Positions 26,362 through 37,400 of a stretch of DNA of 64,000 nucleotides are shown piece by piece. Source of the DNA: Pseudomonadota bacterium. Lineage in GTDB: Bacteria; Desulfobacterota; Syntrophia; Syntrophales; UBA8958. Where the stretch lies: positions 102,086 to 166,085 of the forward strand of contig JASGUC010000003.1 of assembly GCA_030057915.1 (NCBI GenBank), read 5' to 3'. The position numbers were made by a program, and so were the translations under genes. Positions within the stretch are counted from its first letter, which is position 1. Each line of letters begins with the position of its first letter. Under the pieces are notes generated by a model. That model did no database searches and was not told the DNA's origin. It worked only from the letters and a program-made list of their open reading frames with translations.

Positions 26362-27657
26362 TCAATCTTTACGGTTGTCGATCACCCTTTTGGCCTTTCC
26401 CTCGGACTGGGGCAGGCTTTCCGGCGTCACCAGGTCCACCTTGGGGGTGATGAGGATGTCGCTTCTTAGCTCTTCGACGATGCGTTTCCGCAACTGTTCG
26501 AGATGTTTCAAATCGCCGTCGAAAAACTGCCTCTCCACCTCCACCTTCACGGTCATGTGGTCGTTGAATCCCTCCCGATCCAGGATGATGAGGAAGTTCT
26601 TGCCCACGCCGGGGATATCCATGAGCTTCTTTTCGATTTGGATCGGGAAGATGTTGACCCCCTTGAGGATCATCATGTCGTCCGTGCGCCCCTTGATCCT
26701 CTCTATCCGCCGGTGGGTTCGCCCGCAGGGGCAATCTCCGGGGATGATGCGGGTGAGGTCCTTGGTCCGGTAGCGGAGGATCGGCATGCCCTCCCGGCGC
26801 AGGGTGGTCAGCGCCAGCTCCCCCTCCTCGCCGTCCGGGACGGGCTGGAGGGTCGCCGGATCGAGGATCTCCACGATGAAGTTGTCTTCCCAGATGTGGA
26901 GGCCATCCTGAACGGGACACTCGAAGGCCACGCCGGGGCCGTTCATCTCCGAGAGGCCGTAGGAATTGTAGGCCTTGAAGCCGTAGATGGCCTCGATCTT
27001 CTGGCGCATCTTTTCCGAATGGGGCTCGGCGCCCACATAGGCGATGCGGATCCTGGTATCCTTCGGGTCCATCTGGAGTTCCTCGAAGACCGTGGAGAGA
27101 TGGAGAGCGTAGCTGGGGATGATGTGGATGACCGTCGTCTCGAAGTCCTTGAGGAGCTGGATCTGCCTTTTGCTGTTTCCGGCGCCGGCGGGGATGACCA
27201 GGGCCCCGATCCGCTCCGCGCCGTAATGGAAGCCCAGGCCGCCGGTGAACAGGCCGTAGGACATCATGTTCTGGAAGACGTCGCTTTTGCGCATCCCCGA
27301 CATGTACATGCACCGGGACAGCAGATTGGTCCACTCGTTCAGATCCCCCGCGGTGTGGAAGATCACCGTCGCCCGTCCCGTCGTCCCCGAAGAGGAATGC
27401 AGGCGCACCAACTCGTCCCTGGAAACCGCCACGAATCCGTAGGGCCAGTGCTCCCGGAGGGCTTCCTTGGGGGTGGGCGGTATTTTTTCCAGATCGGCGA
27501 GGGAGCGGACGTCTTCCGGCGCCAGGCCGATCTTCTTGAAAAGCTCGCCGTAATAGAAGGATTTGGCCGCCCGCACGATGGTGCGTCTTAGGTGTTCCAG
27601 TTGCAGGGCCGCCAAATTATCCCTGCTCATCGTCTCGATATCCTTTTCCCAGTACAT
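26362..27657 (-). CDS. paaK: phenylacetate--CoA ligase family protein
   Basis: MYWEKDIETMSRD..LQLE.L N-terminus, AMP-binding motif SSGTTGRATV, and YGLSEMNGPGVAFEC. ATG at 27657 with SD GGGGAGG. Confidence 0.9.
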   Translation of the reverse strand: MYWEKDIETMSRDNLAALQLEHLRRTIVRAAKSFYYGELFKKIGLAPEDVRSLADLEKIPPTPKEALREHWPYGFVAVSRDELVRLHSSSGTTGRATVIFHTAGDLNEWTNLLSRCMYMSGMRKSDVFQNMMSYGLFTGGLGFHYGAERIGALVIPAGAGNSKRQIQLLKDFETTVIHIIPSYALHLSTVFEELQMDPKDTRIRIAYVGAEPHSEKMRQKIEAIYGFKAYNSYGLSEMNGPGVAFECPVQDGLHIWEDNFIVEILDPATLQPVPDGEEGELALTTLRREGMPILRYRTKDLTRIIPGDCPCGRTHRRIERIKGRTDDMMILKGVNIFPIQIEKKLMDIPGVGKNFLIILDREGFNDHMTVKVEVERQFFDGDLKHLEQLRKRIVEELRSDILITPKVDLVTPESLPQSEGKAKRVIDNRKD

Positions 27658-27800
27658 CGCTCGCCTCCCCGTTCCGACGCCTTCCGGCCCCGTTGCCACC
27701 GCCGGTTTTCGGCGCCGGCGGTCATGGTTTTCTCGCCCCTTTTCCTACCCCGCGGGAAAAAAATTATCAAGGCAATATTCATGGCGGCGATTCCTTGGAC

Positions 27801-27829
27801 TTGACTTCTGGGCGGCTTTCCCCTATCCT
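27801..27829 (+). promoter_or_regulatory. candidate sigma70 promoter
   Basis: TTGACT (27801-27806), 17 nt, TATCCT (27824-27829), about 55 nt upstream of the lipoprotein gene. Confidence 0.3.
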
Positions 27830-27886
27830 TCCCCCCGCCTCGACGCTTATGGAGGCGTCAATACAAATCCTTCAGGAGGGTAGCTT

Positions 27887-28546
27887 ATGTCGAAAGAGAT
27901 GCGCGGGTTGGTGATGATGTTGGCGGTGCTGTCGGTGTCGCTCATGTTCTTCGTGGGATGCGCGAAACCGCCGACCCAGGAGATGGCGGGCGCGGAAAAG
28001 GCGATTGCGGAGGCCAAGGCGAAAGAGGCCGATCTGTATGCCGCCGATCTCTTCAAAAAGGCGGAGGACGCCTTGAAGAAGGCCAAGGACTACGTTGCCC
28101 AGAAGAGTTACAAGGAGGCGAAGGCGGCAGCGGAAGAGGCGGCCCAGATCGCGGCGCAGGCCCAGGCGGCCATCGAGGGGAACAAGGCCAAGATGAAGCA
28201 GGAAGCCGCCCAGATGATGGAAGAAGCGGAAAAAGCCCTGGCGGAGATCAAGACGTTGACCGCCACGGCGATCAAAAAGAAGGTCCAGCTCGACCGGGAG
28301 GAACTCCAGGGGATGATCGGCAAGGCGGAAGTGGACCTGGTGGGTGTCAAGAACGCCCTTGAGGAACAGAAGATCCGTCCGGCCCACGACCAGGTGAAGG
28401 CCATCCTGGCCCAGATCAAGGGCAAGATCGGGGAAATCGCGACCCTCCTCGGGCTGCCCGTCCCCGGTGCCGCCCCGGCAACCCCGGCGGCCCCGGCAGC
28501 CCCGGCGGCGCCAGCAGTACCGGCGGCGCCAGCGGCCAAAAAGTAG
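27887..28546 (+). CDS. alpha-helical lipoprotein, DUF4398-like, with C-terminal Pro/Ala repeat
   Basis: Lipobox MFFVGC, a DUF4398-like segment (AEKAIAEAKAKEADLYAADLFKKAEDALKKAK) and the tail PATPAAPAAPAAPAVPAAPAAKK. SD AGGAGGG. Confidence 0.65.
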   Translation: MSKEMRGLVMMLAVLSVSLMFFVGCAKPPTQEMAGAEKAIAEAKAKEADLYAADLFKKAEDALKKAKDYVAQKSYKEAKAAAEEAAQIAAQAQAAIEGNKAKMKQEAAQMMEEAEKALAEIKTLTATAIKKKVQLDREELQGMIGKAEVDLVGVKNALEEQKIRPAHDQVKAILAQIKGKIGEIATLLGLPVPGAAPATPAAPAAPAAPAVPAAPAAKK

Positions 28547-28879
28547 ATGACGTTTCGAGTCCTTGCCGAAACAGGATTTTGATTGGCGTTCATGCCGTTT
28601 GAAAGCAGGCGCTTGTCCCGCCCTTGGCCGGGAGGTCCGGGGCGGGGCGGGTGTCGCCGGCCTCGGAGAGAAGCCGCAAGCCCCCTTCGACACTGGCCGC
28701 CAGCCCTTTTTGAAAAACGCCCTTTAAGACCCCCTGAGGTCATGCCGGGGAACCGGGAAAGCGGTGTTTTCCGGGAGGGGTGTTGTCGGTTTTTCTCTTG
28801 AGGCGCCGACTGGCCGCGGCGACGGGGTTGCGCGGCGGCGGGCCGGTTCCGACCGTAAACCCAGGCGAGGTTATTCTCC

Positions 28880-29479
28880 ATGGGCCGCCATATGACGGGC
28901 GTCATTCTCTCCGGGGGCAAGAACACCCGGATGGGCGCCAACAAGGCCTTTCTCGAGATGGACGGCGAGCGGCTCATCGACCGCGCCGTGCGGATCTACC
29001 GGGAGATTTTCGATGAAATCATCCTGGTCACCAATGAACCCCTACTGTATCTCGATTGGGACGTGGCCATCGTGACGGACCTGGAAAAGGGCAAGGGGCC
29101 GCTCATGGGGATCTACACCGGCCTTTTCTGGGCCTCCTCGGCGGCCGCCTTTTTCGCCGCCTGTGACATGCCCTTCCTCGACGCCCCGTTTATCCGCTAT
29201 CTCCGGGACCTAAGCCGCGATGATGTCGATATCGTCGTTCCCGAAACCGCCGAGGGCCTCCAACCCCTCCACGCCGTCTATTCCCGGCGTTGCCTGCCGG
29301 CGATCAAGGCCCGCCTGGACCGGGGTCGCCTGAAGGTCACGGAGTTCTACCGGGGGATGAAGGTCCGGACCGTCCCGGCGGAAACCGTCCGGAGGTTCGA
29401 TCCTTGCGGACGGATGTTCCTCAACGTGAATACCCGCGAAGAATTCGGCCGGCTCCACCGGGGCGGGCAGCCCTCGTAA
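28880..29479 (+). CDS. mobA: molybdenum cofactor guanylyltransferase
   Basis: GVILSGGKNTRMG..NKAFL N-terminal motif and the DMPF motif (ACDMPFL). An alternative start is at 28892. Confidence 0.8.
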   Translation: MGRHMTGVILSGGKNTRMGANKAFLEMDGERLIDRAVRIYREIFDEIILVTNEPLLYLDWDVAIVTDLEKGKGPLMGIYTGLFWASSAAAFFAACDMPFLDAPFIRYLRDLSRDDVDIVVPETAEGLQPLHAVYSRRCLPAIKARLDRGRLKVTEFYRGMKVRTVPAETVRRFDPCGRMFLNVNTREEFGRLHRGGQPS

Positions 29480-29511
29480 GCGCCGCCCCACCCCTCCCGG
29501 GAAGAACCTAG

Positions 29512-29609
29512 GGTAAATTTGTTCTCAATGTAAGTAGTTGATCTTGAATGATCTACTAAAACTGAGGCACGTCCTGTTTTCAGCCATTTAGAGATAGAAC
29601 AAATTTACC
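29512..29609. repeat. AT-rich (about 35% GC) 98-bp element bounded by perfect 14-bp inverted repeats
   Basis: GGTAAATTTGTTCT (29512-29525) and AGAACAAATTTACC (29596-29609). The 10-bp direct repeat GGGAAGAACC lies at 29499-29508 and 29621-29630. Confidence 0.6.
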
Positions 29610-29763
29610 GTTTTACCGTGGGGAAGAACCATCTTCCCTGGCGCTTCCGCCGTTCCTTTCCGGGGTGGCGAGCCTCCCCGCAAACATCAAATTCCGTTAG
29701 ACTTTCCCCGACGACTGTGTTAGTAAGCGCGGCATTATTACAACTAAGGAGGGACGTTAAACA

Positions 29764-31095
29764 ATGACAGAACAGAAAACCTTCAACAGGTGGCTGGTCG
29801 TGGTCGGCGCGATGTTGATCCAGGTCAGCCTTGGCGCCGTCTATATCTACAGCGTCTTCAAGCCCGCCCTGAGCGCGAAATTCCCAAGCTGGAGCCCCAC
29901 CGACCTCGCCCTTCCCTCACAGTTGATTCTGGCCTTTTTTGCCATCGGCGTCATCTTCGCCGGCAAGATCCAGGACAAGATCGGTCCCCGGACGGTGGCC
30001 ACGGTGGGCGGCGCCATGCTGGGCGTCGGCCTCATCATCGCTTCCTTCGCCTCGGACCTCATGATGTTCACCATCGCCTTCAGCGTCATCGGCGGTCTGG
30101 GCATCGGCGCGGCCTATGTGTGTCCCATCGCCACCTGCGTGAAATGGTTTCCCGACAAGCGCGGGATGATCACCGGTCTCGCCGTGGCCGGCTTCGGCGC
30201 CGGCGCCCTGGTCTTCACCCCCATCGCCAAGGCCTTCATCGCCTCTTCCGGCATCATGTCCACCTTCATGTACCTGGGCATTATCTTCCTCGTCGCCGTC
30301 GTGGCGGGGGCCCAGCTCATGATCGTGCCCCCGGCGGGATACAAGCCGGAAGGCTGGAATCCCCCGGCCCCGGCGGCCGCCGCCGGCGGCGCCAAGACGG
30401 CGGGCGGCGACTTCTCCACCATGGAGATGCTCAGGACCCCGCAGTTCTATTTCCTCTGGATCACCTATTTCGCCGGCTGTATGGCGGGCCTCATGATCAT
30501 CATGAACATCACCAACATGTGGCAGTCCCCCTCCATGATCGAACTGGCCAAGACCATGCCCACGGTTACCAAGGACGCCTTCAGCGCCGTCGCGAATCAG
30601 GGCGCCACGGCCGTCATGGTCGTGGCCATCCTCAATGCGGCGGGACGATTGGTCTGGGGGCAGGTCTCCGACGTGATCGGCCGCAAGATGGCCCTTATCA
30701 TCATCTTCGCCTATGCCGGGGTGATCATGCTGCTTCTCAACACCTTCACCTCCTACATGATGTTCCTCGTGGGCGTCTGCTCCGTCGGTTTCTGTTTCGG
30801 CGGTTTCCTGGGCCTCTATCCGGCCGTGACGGCGGACTACTTCGGGACAAAGAACGTGGGGGCCAACTACGGCCTCATGTTTGCCGCCTACGGCGCAGGC
30901 GGTCTCGTGGGTCCCTGGCTGGCCCCGAAGCTCATGACCATCGTGGGGCAGATCCCCTACGAAGCCATGGACAAGGGCGCCTTGATAATCAAACAGTTCG
31001 CGGCGGGAAATTACGCCACGTCCTTCATGATCTCCGGCGTTATGTGCCTGGCCTCCATCGGCATTGTCTGGATGCTCAAGGCGCCGACGAAGTGA
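29764..31095 (+). CDS. MFS transporter, oxalate/formate antiporter (OFA) family
   Basis: 443 aa with 12 predicted TM segments. N-terminus NRWLVVVGAMLIQVSLGAVYIYSVF and the motif FPDKRGMITGLAVAGFGAGA are typical of the OFA family. Confidence 0.85.
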   Translation: MTEQKTFNRWLVVVGAMLIQVSLGAVYIYSVFKPALSAKFPSWSPTDLALPSQLILAFFAIGVIFAGKIQDKIGPRTVATVGGAMLGVGLIIASFASDLMMFTIAFSVIGGLGIGAAYVCPIATCVKWFPDKRGMITGLAVAGFGAGALVFTPIAKAFIASSGIMSTFMYLGIIFLVAVVAGAQLMIVPPAGYKPEGWNPPAPAAAAGGAKTAGGDFSTMEMLRTPQFYFLWITYFAGCMAGLMIIMNITNMWQSPSMIELAKTMPTVTKDAFSAVANQGATAVMVVAILNAAGRLVWGQVSDVIGRKMALIIIFAYAGVIMLLLNTFTSYMMFLVGVCSVGFCFGGFLGLYPAVTADYFGTKNVGANYGLMFAAYGAGGLVGPWLAPKLMTIVGQIPYEAMDKGALIIKQFAAGNYATSFMISGVMCLASIGIVWMLKAPTK

Positions 31096-31240
31096 TGACC
31101 CGCCGCCGGAAGGCGTCTTGCCCGGTTTGATCGGCGTGGGTCGATTGCAAAACGCATCGAATCGGCCGCCCCGAGTCAAGATGGACGCAGGTATGAATTG
31201 CCTTTGCCGGCTTCCTTAATCGAGGGCGAAACGACAAAAA

Positions 31241-31370
31241 GAGGACCTTGACAATCGACAATTTCCCGCCGGCCCGGCATCGTCCGGGCTCGGGAATGCC
31301 TTGAAAATAAAGTATTCCGGATTCCGCCGGCATGGCGGCAGGAACTCGGAGACGGCGTTTTTAAAGGCCA
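31241..31370. repeat. MITE-like element, subfamily C (inverted relative to 43781-43912)
   Basis: GAGGACCTTGACAAT...TTTTTAAAGGCC. Its reverse complement aligns by eye with 43781-43912. A-runs flank both ends. Confidence 0.6.
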
Positions 31371-31587
31371 AAAAAAGCGATTGCCGGTAGTATTGCAACG
31401 GGCTCGGACAGTTCGGGCGTTCCCCAGGGATTTCTCCCGATCTGGGAATGGAGGGAGCGGGTCGGGGGGAGAAGGCCGCCTCGCCGCCCCGGGTGCTTGG
31501 CGATGAGGTTGACGAAACGGAGGGGTCGTCCCGACAGCGACGGGGCGACCCTTTTTTTAGCGGCGACGGGCCCGGGCGACGCCAGGT

Positions 31588-32985
31588 TCAGCCGGCGTCC
31601 TCCCCCGGGGCCGCCGCCGCGACCGCGACCTTCCGCCGCCGAGGGCGGCGTCTCTTGCCCCTTTTCCTCCGGGTGGCCGCCCTTCCGGTCGGGGCGTCGT
31701 CAGCCGCCGTCCCGGCGATTGTTTCCGGCTGTGCCCCGGCGAGGAAGGCCGCCCACCATTCCCGGGCGGCCTGTCCCTCCCCCGGGGTCGCCGTCATGCA
31801 CAGATAATCCAGGGCCTCCGCGAATTCCCGCCGACCGGACAAGGCCGCGGGGCGTCGCGGCGGTCGGCGGCGGAGCGCCTGCTGCATGGCGATGATGCGT
31901 CGCATACGGTCGTCGATCCGGGCCGGGATGGTTACGGTGCCACCCAGCGCCTTCAGGGCGGCGCCGCAGGCCCTGTCCAGGGCCTGCTGGAAGGGGATTC
32001 CTTCCCGGTGGTCCGCCAGGGCCGCTTCTTCCAGGGAAGGGCCGAGGAGGGCCGCCAGGAGCAAGGACGGCGTGGGCGGCGTCCCGCCCTGTCGCCGCTC
32101 GTCCAGACCCTCGAGGTTTGTCTGGATCCGGCGTCGATGCAACTCGTCGGCGGCGAGCCAGCGGCCGAGGTCGGGAAAGAGGATCGCCAGGAGGCCGCTT
32201 TCCGCCAACGGACCGAGGACCCTCCCCGCCGAGCCCAGCAGGAAGAGTTTCAGGACCTCTTCATAGAGCCGGGCGGGGGAGGACCGGGAGATGGTGGGGG
32301 CCAGAAGGCGGATCGCCTCCCAGGCGGCGGGTTCGATGACAAAGTCGTGGGAGGCGGCAAAGCGCACCGCCCGCAGCATCCGCACCGGGTCTTCCGTGAA
32401 CCGGACCACCGGGTCGCCGATGGGTCGGATGATCCGTTCCCGGAGATCCCGCAGGCCGGTGGAATAGTCGATGACGGTGAAATCGGCGATGTCGTAGGCC
32501 AGGGCGTTGATGGTGAAATCCCGACGGAGGGCGTCCTCCTCCGGCGTGCCGAAGAGGTTGTCCCGAAGGACCACGCCGTTGTCGTCCTTGAGGCGTCGGG
32601 GATGGCCGACGACGGCGCCTTTCCCCTCCCCGGCCTCCGGTTGTCCTTCCTCTTCGCCCGCTTCGGCGGGGCCGTCGGCGCGGAAGGTGGAGACCTCCAG
32701 GATCTCGTCCTTGAAGTGGAGGTGGGCGAGGCGAAAGCGGCGGCCGATGAGGCGGCAGTTCCGGAAGAGCCGCTTGATCTGGCCGGGGGTGGCATTGGTG
32801 GCGATGTCGAAATCCTTGGGGGTCCGCTTCAAGAGCAGGTCCCGGACGCATCCACCGACTAGATAGGCGATGAAGCCTTCGTCGCGGAGTCGGTAGAGGG
32901 TGCGCAGGGCATGGGGGTTGATATGCTTGCGGGAGATGTTGTGTTCTTTCCTTGGGATGATCCTTGGCGCCATGACCCGTTCCAT
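31588..32985 (-). CDS. pcnB: poly(A) polymerase I / tRNA nucleotidyltransferase family protein
   Basis: YLVGGCVRDLLL...PKDFDIAT..RLFRNCRLIGRRFRLAHLHF and RRDFTINAL motifs. The C-terminal tail is Arg-rich. Confidence 0.8.
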   Translation of the reverse strand: MERVMAPRIIPRKEHNISRKHINPHALRTLYRLRDEGFIAYLVGGCVRDLLLKRTPKDFDIATNATPGQIKRLFRNCRLIGRRFRLAHLHFKDEILEVSTFRADGPAEAGEEEGQPEAGEGKGAVVGHPRRLKDDNGVVLRDNLFGTPEEDALRRDFTINALAYDIADFTVIDYSTGLRDLRERIIRPIGDPVVRFTEDPVRMLRAVRFAASHDFVIEPAAWEAIRLLAPTISRSSPARLYEEVLKLFLLGSAGRVLGPLAESGLLAILFPDLGRWLAADELHRRRIQTNLEGLDERRQGGTPPTPSLLLAALLGPSLEEAALADHREGIPFQQALDRACGAALKALGGTVTIPARIDDRMRRIIAMQQALRRRPPRRPAALSGRREFAEALDYLCMTATPGEGQAAREWWAAFLAGAQPETIAGTAADDAPTGRAATRRKRGKRRRPRRRKVAVAAAAPGEDAG

Positions 32986-33165
32986 AGCACAACCAGGGGA
33001 AAAAGGACAAGTTCCTCTTGATGTTTCAGGATAAAAGTGTTAGCCAAGAAGGGTCTTCATTCCCGTTGACGACGCCTCGACGTCCAGGCGCGAACAAACG
33101 CAATTTCAGATGAATTATCCTGCTTGTCCAACAGATGCGAACGATGAGGATGCTTTGGAGGGGGC

Positions 33166-34422
33166 ATGATCCGGTTCCTTCACGCCGCCGATGTGCATCT
33201 GGACAGCCCCCTGGTGGGCCTGGGGCAATGGGGCGATGCGCCGGTCGAGGAGATCCGCGGGGCCACCCGGAGGGCCTGCGAAAATCTCGTCGCTCTGGCC
33301 ATCAAGGAAAACGCCTCCTTTGTCGTCATCGCCGGCGACCTCTATGACGGCGACTGGAAGGATTACCACACGGGGATCTTTCTTGCCCGCCAGATGGCCC
33401 GCCTGAAGGGCGCGGGCATCCGGGTCTTCATCGCCGCCGGGAACCACGACGCGGCCAGCCAGATAACCAAATCTCTGCAACTGCCCGATAATGTTCACGT
33501 CTTTTCCACTCGAAAAGCGGAGAGCATCCCCTTGCCGGAACTCAAGGTCGTCCTCCATGGCCGGGGATTCGCCGAAAGAATCGTCTCCGACGACGTAACC
33601 AGGAAATACCCCCCGGCCTGGCCCGGGATGTTCAACATCGGGGTCCTTCATACCAGCCTGACCGGCCGGGAGGGCCATGACGCCTATGCCCCCTGCTCCG
33701 TTGACGGCCTGCGCGGCCGGGGCTACCAGTACTGGGCCCTGGGGCATGCGCACCGCCACGAGGTCGTGGCCCGCGACCCATGGATCGTTTATCCCGGCTG
33801 TCTTCAGGGACGCCACATCCGGGAGACGGGGGTCAAGGGGTGCGTCGTCGTCGGCGTCGAGGACGAGGAGGTGCGGGAGGTGCGTCACGAGCCCCTGGAC
33901 ATCCTGCGCTGGTCCCTGGTGGAGGTTGACGCCGCCGGGGCGGCGGACCCCCGGGAGGCGATCGAACGGGCCCAGCGGGCCCTGGCGCAAGAATGGGACA
34001 GGCACGGCGGCCTGCCGGTGATCGCCAGGCTGCGCATCACCGGTGAAACCCCCGTCCACGCCTCCTTCCGCGCCCACTCCGAGCACTGGGAGGCGGAGTT
34101 CAGGGCCGCCGCCCAGGGGCAGGGCCACGGACGGCTCTGGCTGGAAACGGTCCGTTTCGACACCCGGCCGCCGGCGGCGGCGACGGGGCGAGAAGACGAC
34201 GAAGCGGCGGCGGCGATCCTGAAGGAGCTGCGCCTCCTGGTGTCAGATCAGGGGCAGGTGCCCGGTTTAATGGAGGAGATGGGCCAGTTGCGCCAGAAGC
34301 TGCCGCCGGAAATGCTTTCGGGGGACGGCGATCCCGACGATCCGGGGCGGTTGGCGGACATCCTCGCCGAGGCCCGGGATTTTCTGGAAGCGCGCCTCCT
34401 TAGGGGAGGAGGGCCGGCATGA
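33166..34422 (+). CDS. DNA repair exonuclease, SbcD/YhaO-like metallophosphoesterase
   Basis: MIRFLHAADVHLDSP, IAGDLYD, AAGNHD and GHAH are calcineurin-like phosphoesterase motifs. The gene is translationally coupled to the downstream ATPase. Confidence 0.8.
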   Translation: MIRFLHAADVHLDSPLVGLGQWGDAPVEEIRGATRRACENLVALAIKENASFVVIAGDLYDGDWKDYHTGIFLARQMARLKGAGIRVFIAAGNHDAASQITKSLQLPDNVHVFSTRKAESIPLPELKVVLHGRGFAERIVSDDVTRKYPPAWPGMFNIGVLHTSLTGREGHDAYAPCSVDGLRGRGYQYWALGHAHRHEVVARDPWIVYPGCLQGRHIRETGVKGCVVVGVEDEEVREVRHEPLDILRWSLVEVDAAGAADPREAIERAQRALAQEWDRHGGLPVIARLRITGETPVHASFRAHSEHWEAEFRAAAQGQGHGRLWLETVRFDTRPPAAATGREDDEAAAAILKELRLLVSDQGQVPGLMEEMGQLRQKLPPEMLSGDGDPDDPGRLADILAEARDFLEARLLRGGGPA

Positions 34423-37400
34423 GGATACTGCATCTCCACCTGAAGGCCTACGGCCCCTTCACGGATGTCCGCCTGGACTTTCCCGGGGAGCTTCCCGGCC
34501 TCCACGTCGTCCACGGGGCCAACGAGGCGGGGAAAAGCTCCGCCCTCCGCGCCCTGACGGATTTCCTCTACGGCATCCCGGAACGGACCCGCGACGGTTT
34601 TCTCCACGGCAACGATCAGTTGCGGATCGGCGGGACGCTGCGCCTGGCGGACGGCCGGGAGGGGTCCTTCGTCCGCCGCAAGGGTCGAAAGAACACCCTG
34701 CTGACCCCTGACGAGGGCGGGGTGGCGGATGATCGGGAGCTGGCGCCCTTTCTGTCCGGGGTGAGCCGGGAGATGTTCACCGTCATGTTCGGCATCGATC
34801 ACGAGGAACTCGTCCGGGGCGGAAACGAGATCCTAACCCGGCGGGGCCGGGTGGGCGAGGCGCTGCTGGCGGCGGCCATCGGCGCCGAGAGGTTCCGGTC
34901 CCTCCTCAAGGAGTTGGAGGAGGCGACCGCGGAGCTTTTCCTCCCCCGGGCCTCGAAACCGCGGATCAACGCCGGACTGGCGGAATTCAAGGCCCTCCGG
35001 GACCGGGCGCGCCGGGAATCCCTGCCGGCCCGGGAATGGGATCGGCACTGGGCGCGGCGTCGGGAACTGACCGTGGAGGTGCGGCGGATCGAGGGAGAGA
35101 TCGGGGCGCGGCAGGGGGAGTATCAGCGTCTGCTGCGGATGCGACGGGTGCTGAAGGGACTGGCCGAAAGGCGGGAAATCCTCGCCCGGCTGGAGGCCAT
35201 GGGGAAGGTCCACGTCCTGGCGGCGGATTTCCCGTCCCGGCGGGCGGCGATCCTGAGGGATTGGGAGCATGCCCGGGAGGCGGCGGCCCGGGCCGGTGAC
35301 CGGCTGGTGGAGCTGCGGGAGGCCTACGACCGGTTGCCGCCGCCGTCGTCGCTCCTTGCCGAGGCGGTCCTGGTGGATGAACTGCAACAGGACCTGGGGA
35401 GCCATCTCAAGGCCCTCCGGGACCGGCCGGACCTGGAGGGGCGGCGGCGACAGATGCGGAACGACGCCCGGCGCCTCATGGAGATCATCGGCATCGAACC
35501 CCGGCTCGAGGCGGTGGGGGAGATCATCCCCCGGGTCGAGAGGAACCGCGTCCTGGTCACGGAACTGGCCCGTCGTCACGAGGCGGTCCTGACCTCCCTG
35601 AAAAAGGCGGAAAAATCGCTGGAACGCCGATGGCGGGACCAGGAGGAGACGGAACGGGAGCTGCGGGAGCTTCCCGATGGGGGAGACCCCGCCGCGCTGC
35701 GGGAGGCCGTCCGCCTGGCCCGGAAGGAGGGGGATCCGGACGGCGAGTTGTTCAAGGCGCGAAAGGCGCTCCAGGAGGCACGGAGCAAGGCGCGGCGCTC
35801 CCTGGCCGGCCTCGGGCGGTGGCGGGGAGATATGGAAGGGGCCCTCGTCCTGCCGACGCCGGCCAGGGAGAGCATCGAGCGTTGCGAGGAGGAGTGGCGG
35901 CGCCTCGAAGAACGACGCCGGGAGATCGACCGGGAGACGAGGGAAAACGCCGCGGACATCCGGACGGTGCGGAAGAAGCTCGCGGGCTTCGCCCTGGCCG
36001 GCATGGTCCCCACGGAGCTGGACCTGGAGGAGGCCCGCCGCCGCCGGGAGGAGGGTTGGCGGCTGATCCGCGGCCTTCTGGCCGGCGAGGCCCGCGACGA
36101 AGAGGCGGAACGTCGTTTCCATCCCGATTGGGCGCCGCCGGAGGCTTACGAGGCCGCCGTTTCCACCGCCGACGAAATCGCCGACCGGCTCCGCCGGGAG
36201 GCGCAACGCGTCCATGTCCTGGCGGATCTCCGGGCGGAGGCGGATTCCCTGGAGGAGCGGCGCCGGCAGTTGGAACAGGAAACGGCGGCGCTTGTGGAGC
36301 GGGAGCGAAAACGGGATGACGATTGGCGCGCCCTGTGGGCCCCCGGCGGCGTCGATCCGCTCTCGCCCCGGGAGATGGCCGCCTGGCTGTCGTCTTTTCA
36401 CGCCCTACGGGAAGAGATCCTCCGTCTGCAGTCCGTCCAGGAGGAAGTCCTCGCCCTGGAGGACCGGCAGGCGGCCGCCCGCACCGGGCTCCTGGAGGTC
36501 CTGCGGTCCTCGGGGCCGGAAGCGAATCGGGAATCGGCGTCCTTCCAGGACCTCCGGGAGGAAGCGGAACATCTCCTGGAGGTCCGGACCGAACTTAACC
36601 GTCGTCGGGAGGAACTGAGGCGGCAGATGGAAAAGCAGGCCGGACAGGTCCGGGAGGCGGCGGGGGAGAAGGAGTCCGCCCTCGCGGAGCTGCGGGACTG
36701 GCGGGAACGATGGCGGGACGCCATGGCCGGGCTGGGCCTGTCGGCCGACACCCCGCCCGCCGCGGCCATGTCCGTTCTGGAGCGGTACGCCGCCCTGTTT
36801 AGCGAGGCCAAACAGATTGCCGATATGGACCGGCGCATCTGGGCCATCGACGAGGAGGCCCGGCGGTTCGCGGAAAAGGTGGCGGAATTCGTCCAGCGCC
36901 GGGTTCCGGAATACGCCGCCTGCCCCCCCGAGGAGGCGGTCCGACGCTTGAAACAGGAGGTGGACGAGGCGCGCCTCCGGGAAAAAGAGAGACAGACCGG
37001 GGCCAAGCGGGTTCGGGAGGCGGAAGAGGAGCTGCGGGCGGCGACGACGGACTTCCGGTTGAAGGAACAGAGGGTCGCGGACCTGCTGAAGGAGGCCCGA
37101 TGCCGGGAAACGTCGGAATTGGAGGCCGCGGAGGCCCGCTCGGCGGCCTACCAGGGCGATCGGGAGAGCCTCGCCGCGGCGGAGCGGTTTCTCCTGGAAA
37201 ACGGCGACGGCCTGTCGCTCGCCGCGTTGGCGGCGGAGGCCGCCGCCGTGTCTCCCGATGAACTGCCGGCGGCCCTGGACAGGGTGAATGGGCAACTCGA
37301 GGAACTCCAGTCGCGGCGTCAGGAACTCAATACCGAAATCGGCGAGGAAAACGCGGAACTACGACGCATGGACGGATCTTCCGCCGCCGCGGAGGCGGAG

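Noticed and set aside
28700-28800. Degenerate similarity to the MITE core (GTCATGCCGGGGAACCGGGAAAGCGGTGTTTTC; TTTTTGAAAAACGCCC)
   Set aside because: The termini are not recognisable and the boundaries cannot be set by eye. It is possibly an eroded copy, so it is not listed as a feature.
29790-31179. 446-aa plus-strand and 420-aa minus-strand ORFs overlapping the MFS transporter gene
   Set aside because: They are off-frame or antisense shadows. Only the 29764..31095 frame gives 12 hydrophobic TM segments and OFA motifs.
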